Part shown: piece by piece, positions 41,896 to 55,115 of the stretch
Layout: every line of letters begins with the position of its first letter
How positions within the stretch are numbered: position 1 is the stretch's first letter
From: Octopus vulgaris
Lineage: Eukaryota
Assembly: GCA_951406725.2 (NCBI GenBank)
Contig: OX597818.1
Span: 32,488,001 to 32,552,000 of the forward strand
DNA: 64,000 nucleotides
Direction: 5' to 3'
Program-made: the position numbers and the translations under genes
The notes under the pieces: model-generated
Told to the model about the DNA's origin: nothing
What the model saw: the letters and a program-made list of their open reading frames with translations, nothing else
Database searches by the model: none

Positions 41896-43299
41896 CTTCG
41901 GTTAAATATACATACGTGTGTGCACGCAGGCCCATACTCACATAAATAAATTATTCGTTGCGTTACTTTTGGCTTTTCACTCTGTCTCTGCTAAACCTAA
42001 GACTTAAAATATGAACAACGAATATAGAACTGCTTTTCTTTTTACTCATTCTGAAACTCATTCTTTTCCCCCTTACCTTTGTTCCTTCATTCCATCTCCG
42101 TGCGTTGCCCCATACACACCTTTACATGCGCATGTACAACATATCGGTGCTACATCTACGCTTTCTAATAATAGGTACTTCTATTCCAAACTAATCACTC
42201 ATCCCAAGCGTTGGTGCGCATCGGTGACATTGATGGAGTGAAATATCTGCAAAAGTCATATGACCACATCTGATTTAACAGTAACGATACGAAAAACCAT
42301 CAACAAAACTCCTAACATCTCACCTAAAACGTTGCCGCTTGCCTTTTTCACGCATTCTACATAAATCTATCTTGAACATCCCACGCCTAGTATTTCTTCG
42401 TCTATCTATCTGTCTGTACGTCTCTCCATTCGTCTCTCTCAATTTCTTATCCAGTCACTCTTGCTAAACTATCCCAGTCTGGTTGCTTTAGACCGTGGGT
42501 GGAAGGTTGTTCCAATAAATTTATTGTGTCAGAGTGTACGAATCTATCACTTCTTTTAATCCGTGTCACTAACTTTTAGACTATTTATTTAGAAATACAT
42601 GTTTTTGCTCTTTTTGACCATTTCATTTCTTCTCAGTTGTGGTTGCAGCAAAACCAACGGCCGTGGCATCAACTGCTATTAATGTATCTTGAAAAACTTT
42701 TGATTCAGCTAAAATACCTGTCTACATGTACAACTTTTATCTTTAGTAATTGAATCAATAATTATTTATAACATTGTACATATTCTAAGTTGAAGTCAAG
42801 GTAATAATAAGTAAGTAAGAAGTGTTAAAAAAGTATTTATCTGGATTTTGAAGAATAATTTAACATTGGAAAGACAATAGTAACGCAAACGAAATGAGGA
42901 ACGAAAGGAAAAGAGACAGACAGAAAGAGAGAGAGAGAGAGAGAGGCAGAGAGACAGACAGTCAAATAGATAGAAAGAGAGACTGACAGACATACAGATA
43001 CCCAGACAGACAGACATACAGAGACCCAGATAAACAGACAGGCAGACAGCGATTGAGAGATAGCGATAACCAAAGAGGAAAGCACAAACTTCTTTGAGAA
43101 GTCAATTTAAAATAAGAAGTAGAGTCGTTGCAGTGAGACAGAGAAGTATGTATGTCGCTAAATGTGTATGTGCGTATATAAACACGAAGGGTCTAGACTG
43201 ATGTGTGATTAGGGAGAGAAGAAAGAGAAAAGTATACTCAAGAGAGAGAGAAATATAGGGAGAGTTAAATGAAATGGGTATACACACATACACTCATAC

Positions 43300-43365
<66 letters not shown>

Positions 43366-43368
<3 letters not shown>

Positions 43369-43541
43369 ACTACATGTGGATTGTTGGCGATTTTTCCTCC
43401 GTCTTCCTCTCTCTCCTGTTTCTGAAGAAGAGCTATGCTCGAAACGTAAAACGATCTTTCTTTCCTTCCCTGAGCGTCATATACCTCGTCCTCGCGTATT
43501 GTTTTTTTCTTCTTCTTGTCTTTTTTCTCCGTTCTTTTTAT
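43366..43541 (+). mobile_element. Penelope-like element terminal fragment inserted in (TA)n
   Basis: Flanked by (TA)n, with an internal hammerhead motif and a pyrimidine-rich tail. Confidence 0.7.
43418..43452 (+). ncRNA. Minimal type I hammerhead ribozyme motif (PLE type)
   Basis: GUUU (stem I), CUGAAGA, A, GAGC-UAU-GCUC (stem II), GAA, ACGU (palindromic stem III), A (predicted cleavage after GUA), AAAC (stem I'). Confidence 0.68.
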
Positions 43542-45404
43542 CATATATATATACACATATTTACCTAAACACCCGTTTAGCATATTTTCATTTTTAGTAC
43601 ATATCAGTACATTTGAGGATTTATCTTAGTACATTTTTCTGGAAAATTTATTTTCTGATTCCTATATTTTTGTAATACTCGAAAAAAAAGAAGAAAAAAA
43701 AAAAAAAATCTCGCCGCGAATCAGCTTGAATATTTTCAATAAAAGGAAACTAAACGAGCTCTGCGTCACTCCCATCCACGCATCTAACGCTGTCCCAGTA
43801 ATGTCACTTGCTCCATCATGATGCTGAATATTAACAATAATTATACCTAATTTCATCATCCAGATTTGATTGTTAAGCTCATAAAGAACTATTACATTTA
43901 CCTCTCACTTCCTTTCTCTTCCCATCTCCTTTACTGTTGTCCGTCTACACTTTCTTTTTGTGGTTTCTTTATCTGCCCGTCCCTCGATGTCTATCCTTTG
44001 TTTTCTCTTTCCTTCTTTTCCCCCATCTCTTTCGCTGTGTCTGCATCCTTCTTTCTCTTCGAATTCCTCATATTTCTCTTGCTCCACTGTTGACAAATAT
44101 TACGAATACGTCGGTTCAGTAACGTTTGTCCCGTGGATTATTAACGAAAAAGATTAGACGCGGAACTCTGTCAGCAAGAAACATGAATGTCACTGGTTAT
44201 TTCATATTATTAAAATGGCTCCGTTTAGAGTTTTCATATCAGATGATATTTTGTATTTGTTGAAAAATTTAATTAACTTTAGCACACGCAAACAACAATA
44301 CATTGTACACATACACAGCTCATATCCTCACATGTTGTATACATGAAAAGTTAACTCAAGCTATTTTAGTGAAAAGTTAATTTATTTGCGTCAACACTAG
44401 ATGTAAACAATTACATTTGCGCAATGCTCGTATTCATTCTAAGTGAAAAATACTAAACTTATATAATAAATTCTTAGTTTATTAACAGGAATCAAACAAA
44501 ATATTTTTATATCAAGAAATTTATCAAGTGATAATCTTTTAACTAAATATGGGTTATATCGTTAAGAATATTAAAAGAATATTTGAAGATAAAAAAACAT
44601 ACGTAGACTAATAAATAGAATGTTATCGCAGCTGATACTTCCAGATAGGCAATTGTATTCGCATAGGAAAGAATGCATACCATATACATGAAAGAAATAT
44701 CTTCATTTGCTAGATAAAGCAACTGAAACTCTCACAAATTCCTACGTTCAGTCAGAGAAAGGGCTCGTTAGATAAATAAAATTAATAGCTGCACTGCACA
44801 AGGGGGGAAGAGATGGCAAGGACAAGAATGACTTTATCTGAAATGCTTTTTATCATAGATGTGTTTAATCAGGTTCTCTTTTGGTTAAAATATACACCAA
44901 GAGCAAATTTTGAGAGAAGAACTTTGATATTTGAAAGGTGATCAAGTCAACCCCGAGTGAGATAGGTCTTTTATATCTCTAGTGCAGCCACAGTTTTGTG
45001 TAAGCTGTTTCATCAGATTTACAGTATCTTAATTGATAAACAGTAAAGATTACAGTATCTTAATTAATAAACATGTGCGTGTTTTTATCTAGCAAGTCGT
45101 TGGCATATCTCACCTGCATTACGTCTTCTCGTATTTAGTCAGAACTGTTCTGTGGAATTCAGTTATTTGTTTTTGCTGAAGTGCTTAATTAATTACTAAT
45201 TATTTGTTTTCGCTGAAGTCATTTGTTCACCTCTTTAAAATTTGAATCTCGAAGTTCGAAATCAAAATTGAAAGTCTCGCGGTGTAGTTGTTTCCCCACC
45301 ACCACCACCACCACCACCACCACCACTGCTACTACCATAAAAGCATTTAATTTAATGGATTTTTCCACTCGACCAACCAAATCATAACTACCACTTTTTA
45401 AGTA

Positions 45405-45545
45405 TTTAGAATCTGTCCGCTGAGGTTCGACTTTGCTTTCATCCTTTCGTGGTCGATAAAATAAGTACCAGTTGAGAACTTGGATCGATGTAACCTACTT
45501 ACACTTTCCCTCGAAATCGAGATCCTTGTGCCAAAATTCGAAAGC
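45405..45545 (+). mobile_element. Degraded SINE family A, about 270 bp upstream of exon C
   Basis: gactttgctttcatcctttcgtggtcgataaaataagtaccagt. Confidence 0.75.
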
Positions 45546-45817
45546 AATATTTAGAATAGATCAATTTTATATTTCTTCAAATAGCATAAAAAACAAATAT
45601 CTTAAAATATCTGAACGTTTTATTTGTAGTAAATTATTTTATTCATTCAGTTGAAAATTGAACAGTTTTTACTCTTTCAAGCGGTAACTATTTATAAAAT
45701 ATTTATTGTTATTTTTGTTCAGATTCTCTCAGTTCATTCATCCGCCTGTTTTTCTTTCTTTCTTTCCTTCATTTATCAACCAACGTTACTATTACCACCG
45801 TCTTCATGTTCTTTCAG

Positions 45818-45965
45818 AACCCGGAGTACCACATTTGGCAGAGGAGAAATTTTTGGACTATGTACTAGTCCAGAGAAACCAGCCAGCACGTCTTGATTGT
45901 TTGATTGTTGGAGCAGCACGAATTGAATGGTTTTCTAATTATGAAAAAATTATTAACAGTTCTAG
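45818..45965 (+). CDS. PTK7: PTK7/off-track-like receptor, exon C (N-half of Ig3), phase 1 to phase 2
   Basis: Acceptor tcttcatgttctttcAG|AA and donor AG|GTACGT. 148 nt encoding (E)PGVPHLAEEKFLDYVLVQRNQPARLDCLIVGAARIEWFSNYEKIINSS(R). The phase matches exon B (G+AA = Glu). Resembles PTK7 'DVVVARYEEAMFHC...LQWLFEDETPITNRSR'. Confidence 0.9.
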
Positions 45966-45986
45966 GTACGTTTATATATTCCTTAC

Positions 45987-46026
<40 letters not shown>

Positions 46027-47579
46027 CGCATCTTCTGTACTCATACCAAGCTCAACATGAATTATCTTTCTATAAATTATTAAATAATGGACCAGAAAAT
46101 ATAGATGCAGGAGTTAATTAATAAAAGTTAATTGTTCCCTGTGAATATGCATTTTATAATCGCTTCTCAGTCACAACCAATATAATTTTCTTTCAACGTG
46201 ACTTTGATACCTCCATTACTTAAAATGCTGTCCGCGGAACATGCTTTGCATACCTGACTCAGTTGCCAGGAATATATTCTCCCGTAGATAGTTTCCTTGC
46301 TACTTTCAAGGTCACACGTATATACACACGCTAGTACATATAGCTTTATGAATTTTGCGTATGTGTGCGTGTACACTTTGTGTCACTCAAATGATTTGAA
46401 ACTTCATTCTGAAATCTTTTACCGAGGACTAAGTCCGCGGGATAAAGAGTGACTATGAGAGGAATCCAGACGAGCAGATATGGAGATAATAATGCCAATG
46501 AAAAAATAAAGCAAAACCTGGATATTTTCAGACGGTGAATATTCAAGTATAAATATATAGATATTTATATATTAACAGAGCAAACTTACGCAGAGTACAA
46601 AGACACAAAAAATAAAAGGAGAGAAGGTATAGTGGTACGTATGTATGTATGTATGTATGTATGTATGTATGTATGTATGTATGTCACTGTGTGTACTTGT
46701 GTGTAAAACACGTACGGAAATGTCACAAGAGATATTCAATTTACGAGACGCACATACATGCACACTTTTATGTATGTTTGATTTAAAGCAAAATGCGTTT
46801 ACGCAAAACAAAAGGTCCCCTAAATCCAACGTTTAGTGTGTCAGTCACTGTTTTATTCATTCATAACTCACCAATGTTGAAGTCATTGCATGATATACGC
46901 ATGGGTTTGTGTAGACGTGCGTTTGTATGTGTATATAAAGTAAATAATATAACAGCATTCTCGTATATCTAACTGAACTCAACAACGTAGTGAGGCTATG
47001 ATTCAAAATTGATAGCCTTGTGATTAATAATCTTCTTAATCTCAAAGTAAGCGAGTCTACTTTTCGGTTTTGTACAGAGCTATCTTGCTTTTTGATGTGT
47101 ATTTATCGAAACGAAGAACTAAATTTATAATGACTGACTTCCGCTTTTGTTCTTAAGGCTATCCAGTGTACAGCCATTTAGCGATGTTGTGCAGCCATTT
47201 GGCGGCACTTTCAACATTCATAAATAAGTGATAGGTTACTATGATACATAGTCAGATAACATGAGCGAAGAGTTTTGTAAAGTGACCTGCCACAGAATAA
47301 TGTAAATAGTTAAGACACCATGTGATCGAGGAGATAATGATTAAGCATAACACCTGTCATGTCCCCTTTCTCTAGAGGAAGATAGACACAGATAACACAA
47401 GAATAAATGCTCAAAACCAAAACCATAAGTAGTAGTTAGTATATTTAATCTTTCGGTCATTTAAAAAAATTCGGATTGGTTACCTTTCCATTAAGAATGT
47501 CTCTGCATAGCAACATTGATGATATAGTGAGAAAGGCTTTGAAAGGGAAAACATCAAAGCATAATAAAAATAATAAGTA

Positions 47580-47829
47580 AATGCGCCCCTTTAAAGCCTA
47601 GCCAGGCTCATGGGCCCGGTTTCCCGGTTTCTGTGGAGTATGTGTTCCCCAGCAGGATGGGACGCCTGTCCAACGCAGCGTTACTCATTTTTGCCGGCAG
47701 AGTGGACTGGAGCAACGTGAAATGAAGTGTTTTGCTCAAGAACACTAACGCGTCGCCCGGACCAGGAATCGAAACTACAATCTTACGATCATGATGCTGA
47801 CACCCTAACCACTAAGCCACGCGCCTCCA
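47580..47829 (-). mobile_element. SINE family C
   Basis: Closely similar to 6180-6426. Confidence 0.9.
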
Positions 47830-48093
47830 CAATAAAAATAAAAATGATAACGAATCCGAATTAGAAAATGCTGGAATATGTGAAATTTTTTTACTCATTT
47901 TTGCCAGCTGAGTGGACTGAAGCAACGTGAAATGAAGTGTTTTACTTAAGAACACAACGCGTCGTCCGGTCCAGGAATCGAAACTACAATCTTACGATCA
48001 ATAATGCTGACGCCCTAACCACTAAGCCACGCGCCTCCACAATAAAAATGAATAATAACGAATCCGAATTAGAAAATGCTGGAATATGTGAAA
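47681..48093. repeat. About 205-bp tandem duplication of the SINE C 5' half plus unique flank (47681-47885 and 47891-48093)
   Basis: Both units run ttactcatttttgcc...cctccacaataaaaat...gaatccgaattagaaaatgctggaatatgtgaaa and differ by several substitutions. Confidence 0.9.
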
Positions 48094-50070
48094 GATTTGC
48101 ACGAACTCGTGCAACCTCTGGTTCTAGAACATACAGATTCTTTAGTTCGATACAAGAACACAAAGGAAGGAAAAAATGTTGTTCTTTATCAGTTGATATA
48201 CCACATCGCGTCAATGTCAGCATACACTTAATTCTAAAATTATCTCATTAATCTTCAAAACAAAATGCGCTTTTCATTCATTTGCCATTTAACAAACCGC
48301 ATTAATGTTTCATGTTACTTTCAATTATCTCCATTAACCTAGTTTAATTACAGATGTTATAGGTTGCGTCAATACAAAGATCGGTATTCTTCTTAAACAA
48401 GGAACTAAATGGGCTTATGGATAATTTAGAAAAAAAAAAAAAAAGAAAGTAAAATACTATTAAAAAAAGTGAGTGCATTTGCTTGCTGGATGTAATTGAT
48501 AATAAAAATAATCTATTCGTGAATTTAAGAATAAAAATAATTTTGCATATCATGCTGCGTTTAAATCTCAAAGAAAAAAAAAATTAATGTTATAAAGATT
48601 GAAACCAACTCCATAGTTTTCAAGGTCGATTATAGTAACGGCAGGGATCGTAGTACTGAATGAACTGCCTCGGTAGATGGCTTTTTATTACTGAACGTTT
48701 TTCCATTCTATGTAAAGAAAGTCTTAAAATAATGAACCAAAATGCAAAGATGCTTTATTATTAACATTACTACTACTACCACCACCATCACCACCATCAC
48801 TACCACCAATGTTTTTAGAAAGATAAATGGAATTCAGAAAATGAGAGGTGATTCAGTTCAGAGTCGGGATACATAATCATAATGTTTGAAATATAACAAA
48901 GAACAGATGGAATAGATTGAATAAGGTTCACGGTGTTTACTTGCACTTGTATTTGTATTGTTCCTCCCAAATGGTAGACGAACACAGTCAGCCCCAATAT
49001 TATTTGAACTTCGTGGAACGATGAGAGGAATATTAAGAATCATTCAATTCAGTGCTGTAACATTTCTGAGACAAAAAGATTGCGGATATCATTAATATAA
49101 ATACCTTAGCGAGTACACCACCATCTACTACAACGATAGCATATTTTATAGAAAACGAATATCTAGTCTCTCTCTCTCTCTCTCTCACAGACACACACAG
49201 ACACACACACACACATACACACACACACACAAATCAGACATTTGTCAATGTATGCGTAAACGTAAGATAAATTATATACGATTATTAGAAATGTGTATAC
49301 ATGTTCAATTTAGCTTTAGCATCATTCTTTGCAAAGCACAATGAATATTTATACGAACATTTTTGAACATTTTGAAGTCTTTAGCATCTGTGGAAGTGAT
49401 GGCAACACTAGAAATATGTTCAATTCAGGAGGAACATTTAACTTCCTTTATTATGTAACTGTGAAATTAAAGGGTGATGGACAGGAAGAATCATTTAACG
49501 TCGGAAAAAATGCCTTGTGGTATTTGTTCTGTTTCTTTACGTTTGGGATTCTACCCTAATCAGGATAAACTTTGGCTTTCTTAATTTTGGGCCTGATAAA
49601 ATACGGTGCCAGTCTACAGTTTACAGATATGTGGGGATCGGCATGTCAAAGAGAAGACCTAATGTTTTCGCCTGAGTGACGCAAAGGTGTCATACGCCAG
49701 AAGTGGGGAATCGCCAACAAATTAGAAACTGTTGTTACAGCGCATGCTCCCAAACTACTACTACTACTACTACCATCAAATTTGTAGCCTTGTGCCTATG
49801 TGATAAATAATTATGTTACTGTTGTTAAAGGGCGGTGAATATGCAGAATCGTTAGAACGGCGGAAGTCCTGCGCTCAGATAGCACCATCGTTTATTTTTA
49901 CTCAATTTTAGGGTCAAAAAGAGATAGTACCAGTCCACTAGATGGATGAATTTAACCGACTAACGCTGACTCCATTATTTCAGGGCTTCAAAAATTGTCT
50001 ACAACAACTGGTTGTTAGCAAGTTTTATTACTTCAGTATAAAAATAAATCTATAAATTTCACAAGGAATA

Positions 50071-50548
50071 CAGTAGTCACTCGCTATATCGCGTTTCACC
50101 GATCGCGCCCTCAGCACATCGCGGATTTTTCTGACTAATATATATATATATAAATTTATATTGCGGACTCCTCAGTTTATCGCGAGTTTCTGCGGCCGAT
50201 ACATATTTATATTTTTTAGATTTTATTTTTCACGCCTAAAAATTAATGAATTAATAAATAAAAATACAGTACAGTATTGCATGTATTGCATTGTATAACA
50301 CATTAATTAAAATATCTTAAAAGAAAATACATAGCATACTATAGATGAGTAAACAAATAATCGCATACTCTATGGAAAAGGAAACTCGGGAGCCGAGTGT
50401 ATGGTGTTGTTTTGCATTTATAATTAATAAATATATACAAATTATAAAACTGATATAAAAAAAATACAGTACTGTTTCTATTTCGCGGAATTTCACCTAT
50501 CGCAGTGGTTTTGGGAACGTAACACCCGCGATAATCGAAGGATTGCTG
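50071..50548. mobile_element. pogo/Tigger-type non-autonomous DNA transposon
   Basis: TA|cagtagtcactcgctatatcgcg ... cgcgataatcgaaggattgctg form imperfect TIRs, with subterminal atcgcgg repeats. Confidence 0.75.
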
Positions 50549-50633
50549 GATTCCGATTTTATAGAAGATTCATTATTTTTTATATTAATCATGTCAAAAT
50601 CAAATAAATTTGACAGAAATTCACTCTTTTCTT

Positions 50634-50863
50634 ATTTCTTTATTGCCCACAAGGGGTTACACACAGAGGGGACAAACAAGGATCGACAAAGGGATTAAGT
50701 CGATTACATCGACCCCAGTGCGTAACTGGTACCTAATTTATCGACTCCGAAAGGATGAAAGGCAAAGTCGACCTCGGCGGAATTCGAACTCAGAACGTAA
50801 CGGCAGACGAAATACGGCTACGCATTTCGCCCGGCGTGCTAATGCTTCTGCCAGCTCTCCGCC
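50634..50863 (-). mobile_element. SINE family A (full length, young)
   Basis: Reverse complement of the 1434-1670 consensus; tcactcttttctt occurs on both sides. Confidence 0.9.
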
Positions 50864-51679
50864 TTTGCAAGCTCACTCTTTTCTTGGGGACTTATTCAAA
50901 ACAGAAGATAATTTAAAACTGTACGATGGCAGCACTCTATATTACAAAACACTTGCTGCAACTGCTACAGATCGAGGCACGTTCTCATAACGCTACCTTG
51001 TGACTGTCAGTAACTTTGGAATTTATTACGACTGTTGTCAACGAGAATCTTCTTCATCTCGGAATCCAGATTTAAACACTTCGCTACAGGACTCATTCTT
51101 TTGCTACTGAATGAACTGGACCATTTTGAGACTAAAATATGTCGTAATGACATGACAAAATCCTCCTGTTTCGCGGCTGGTTTCCCCGATGCTTTGTTGA
51201 ATTGGAGGATACAGATAAGAGTTAGCTCAGCGTTGTAGCGCCAGGTGAAAGACAAAACAAATATTTATACTTCCTAAGCTTAACAGAAAGAAAACAGAAA
51301 TTTGAGACTGCCATGATACTTCTATTGTCATGAATAATTTATTGAAGAGGAAGTTAATGCTTACTTTTTTTTTTCGGAATCAGAAGTAGGTGGTTCATTC
51401 AATTAGTGCAAAACTACTTTCTATATCGCTGATAATGCTCATAGAAAAATCTTATTTTGGAGAATAGTATATGTATTTCCGACCAGTTCCTTTCTTGAAC
51501 GTATAAGCATTGCAAGAACGACATGATACTCAGTACGATAATGAAATTGGATTGCAGTTTCCAACTCGTGACTAGATTATTCTGCAGTGTGAAGCACTCT
51601 ACGTAGAAAACTATCTTTACGGACTAGTAAAATTTGTTAAAGGAACAATGTGTAAGTAACTACTCCGAATCAACTTTAG

Positions 51680-52399
51680 TACGTAGTCTGATCAATAAGT
51701 ATCCGGAGTGTTGCCATAGTAAAGAAGTTAAAGTATGCAGAGTCAAGCCGCTTGACACAGATTGACCTTGAACTCTGCTGTGTATGCGCACCAAGTTTTA
51801 ACGTTCTAGCTTGCTTCCGCTGTTTACAGCTATGCTTGGAAGTGACATGTGTAGCGTGCATTCGTCGCATTGACCATGACAGAGAAAATTGAGTAGAGAA
51901 TTTGCATCAAATTTTGCCAAAATCTTGACGATACCTGCTGAGAGGCCTACACAAAGTTTTCAAAAACTTTCCATTGTTCTCGATACTAACAAGGAGACTT
52001 GTGCAACTGAAACCCGAGTGTCCTTTTGGTCAGCTGAAAGCAGTTTTGGCACAAACTTGGCAGACACGCGTCTCGTTCCCAAATCTTCAGTGATAATAGA
52101 GTGGACTGAACAGAACCGTAGCTAATCTGCACATCCTCTGATAACCCACGGTCGGTGATTTGATGAGTTTTCCTCTCAGATGCACACACATCAGCGATGT
52201 TTTTCTCAGTTCTGCTGGTTGCGGGTCTCTCAGAACGTTCGTCACTATCGACATTTTCCCGGCCATCATGGAAGCATCTGCACCAGTCGTACACTTGTAT
52301 GTGGCTCATACGCTTCTCTCCATACACTTTTCTGCAACTTTGCGTAGGCCTCTGAGCAGGTATCACCATGACAACTTTCTCTGTCATGGACAATGCGAC
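51680..52399. mobile_element. Mariner (Tc1/mariner) transposon remnant with an internal inversion
   Basis: TA plus TIR cgtagtctgatcaataagtatccgg. The + strand start reads MTEKIE*RICIKFCQNL (ATG at 51876). The - strand segment at 51952-52399 encodes VYGEKRMSHIQVYDWCRCFHDGRENVDSDERSERPATS (HTH, GRP-like) and, after a frameshift, RVSAKFVPKLLS (WVPHEL-like linker). Confidence 0.9.
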
Positions 52400-53889
52400 A
52401 AGCAAACGTATATTTTGCTCTTGTGATTTTTGGTGATGGTAGCTGAAGATTATCAACCTGGTTGATCAACGAGGAACCACATGCACTCATTTGGTTCCCT
52501 CATAGTAGATCTAGGCTAACATATTATCCGGTGTGTTCTCGGTTCTTTTTTTTTTTTTTTAACTGTGTGTAATTTGATTGCAATTTCTAGAAAGTCAAGT
52601 GACCATGAAAATCTTCTCTTAGGTTTGATTTAGACTCTAGGTGTTTAAACAGTGCCGCCTCCACATTTTTTACTCTTACTTATCATTAATTGTTCCTGGC
52701 AATTTACAATATAACAATCCAAGGCCTGTGGTAGAGAAAGAAAACCGTTTGTACTATTTGTGTCAATATTCGATTCACACATATATACAAATTTATAACG
52801 ATATCTATTGACTCGCTTGAAATCATGATTAATAATATTTTATAATCAACCATTTTATAATAGAGGTATGTCACATAGTTGGATAAAGTAAAGCCTAAAT
52901 GTTTTGCTATGATAAGTACATTTAAAAGTCATCATCATATGACATATAAGTAGACCACTATTTCATATTCCGCTTTTAATGTAATAGAATTACATCAATT
53001 GATTTTTATTGTTTGCTTTCGTTTAAGCATTCATTATTAATTTATTTGTAAAGCACATATATAAAAATGAATGCATATGGATAATCGCCAGTATTGAATA
53101 CTAGTGCACACACACATACACACACACAAAACACTTGTCCTCTGATGTTGGCATGGCTAGGAGTCTAAGTATTTCATTTTGCAACAACGTGACTGAAGGT
53201 CTATTCAGATTGCTTTTGATAGGCTGAACCACGTAGAAACCCCTCTGGTGTACTGGAGATGCAATACATGCCCAAAATTTTGAACTATGTTTCACTGATT
53301 CTGACTGAAGATTTCGGTAAGAGTACTTATGCCGATGCATATGAATTGCTCAACTCATTTACTTCGCCCGCTTTTTCAATGAACAGGATCTTGAAATGTT
53401 GTCGATTAAACATCTGAACGATCAAACGTAAACCAAGGGCAACAAATCTGTTCGTGCACGCATCAATGGTTACACGCATGTGTGCATATATGTATAGATG
53501 TGTATGTAAATCCATTTCCATATAAATGCCCACATGTGTACGTGTGCGTGTGTACGTGTTTTAAAAGTGAAACTTCAAAATTTCACGTTTCGAACTTTAG
53601 ACAAAATTGAATAATATAGGAAAGCTGCTAGCATGAATATTCTCATTACCCATACTACCTCCCATTTTCTCCATCAATCTGTCTCCGTCTTATATTCATA
53701 CGACCTCTCTTCTCTATCGCTTCCCGTTTACCTGTCGGTGATCCAAAGCTTTATCATAATTTGGTTATAAAAAACCCCCCATAAAACTAAGTTTAAATAT
53801 ATTAAATTTTATATATTTCTCGTAGCAGGCAAATATATCCTTCAGCTACATCATTTCTAAAGGATGCGATAAGCTTCTTTACTTTTGGA

Positions 53890-54226
53890 TTCTTTTATTC
53901 TCTTTTCATTCATTTGACTGTGGCCATGTGCTTATTCTATCGGTCTCTTTTGCTGAACTGCTATATTACAGAGACGTAAACACACCAGCATCAGTTGTCA
54001 AACGAGGTTGTGGTGACAAACACAGACACACAAACATATACACACACATGCATTTATATATATACACACAACGGGCTTCTTTCAGTTTCCGTCTACCAGA
54101 TCCACTCACAAGACTTTGCTCGGCCCGAGGCTATAGTAGAAGACACTTGCCCAAGGTGCCACGCAATAGGACTGAACTCGGAACCATGTTGTTGGTAAGC
54201 AAGTTACTTACCACATAGCCACTCCT
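53890..54226 (-). mobile_element. SINE family B
   Basis: gaagacacttgcccaaggtgccacgc...ttaccacatagccactcct. Confidence 0.87.
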
Positions 54227-54830
54227 TTAGTATACATTTTCGCTAACGGTTACACAATCCATTCAACTATAGCCTTTACTTCCGATATTGTGTACAGATT
54301 TAACTCAGTTCAAAGCAGCAGCATCTTTCTCAATGGATAGTAATAGTGTCTAAGAATTTCGTATTGTTCCAATTTCTTCATCTTATCTGAAGAACAATTT
54401 CAGGAAATCAGAGGAGCAAATTGTAACGTTTTCCTTCTAATTTGTCTAATTTTTAATTTCAGTAGTGATTGCTCTTTTCTCCCATTCTATTAACTTATCA
54501 GTTTGTCTCTTTTCTGTTTTCTTTCTCTGTCCTCCTTTTTGTCTTTCTCCTCTCGAGTACGAGTAAAGGTGTGAGTGTGTGCGCACGCGCGGATGTATCT
54601 AAATTTGTATATGAATTAGGCAAGAACTCACAAAACTGTCAACCAACATGGCAGGAACAAATTTCAACAAAATTTAACACTTAACAACTTAAAAGAAAAG
54701 ACAAAAAAAAAAAAAAGGCGGTGGGAAAGAGAGTTAACCATTTCCTTATAACTAGTTTTAAAGATTTAAACAAAAAATGTTTGATATGATCACTGTCTGT
54801 CTGTCTGTCTCTATCCTCTCTCTCTATACT

Positions 54831-54916
<86 letters not shown>

Positions 54917-55073
54917 TATATATATATACATGCACACACACACACACATAAGAGTACAGTAGCAAATTTTACATTCATTATAATAACCTTCACCATATTC
55001 AATTTCCCTCTTAACGCGTCTATGCGAGCTTCCCTTCATCAATCATCATTTTCATGTCTTTCTCGCTGTTTAG

Positions 55074-55115
55074 ATTTGGACCTGGTTTCGAGAGCAACAC
55101 GTTGGAGGAAATGAG
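55074..55115 (+). CDS. PTK7: Candidate 42-nt symmetric (phase 2-2) cassette microexon of the PTK7-like gene
   Basis: Strong acceptor ttttcatgtctttctcgctgtttAG|A and donor AG|GTGAGA. Length is divisible by 3, the phase is compatible with exon C, and there is no stop: (R)[13 protein letters not shown](R). It sits in a small unique island between two (TA)n tracts. No homology support. Confidence 0.6.

Noticed and set aside
51986-52456. 156-aa ORF as a functional transposase or SETMAR-like gene
   Set aside because: Frameshifted, truncated before the DD34D catalytic domain, and rearranged.
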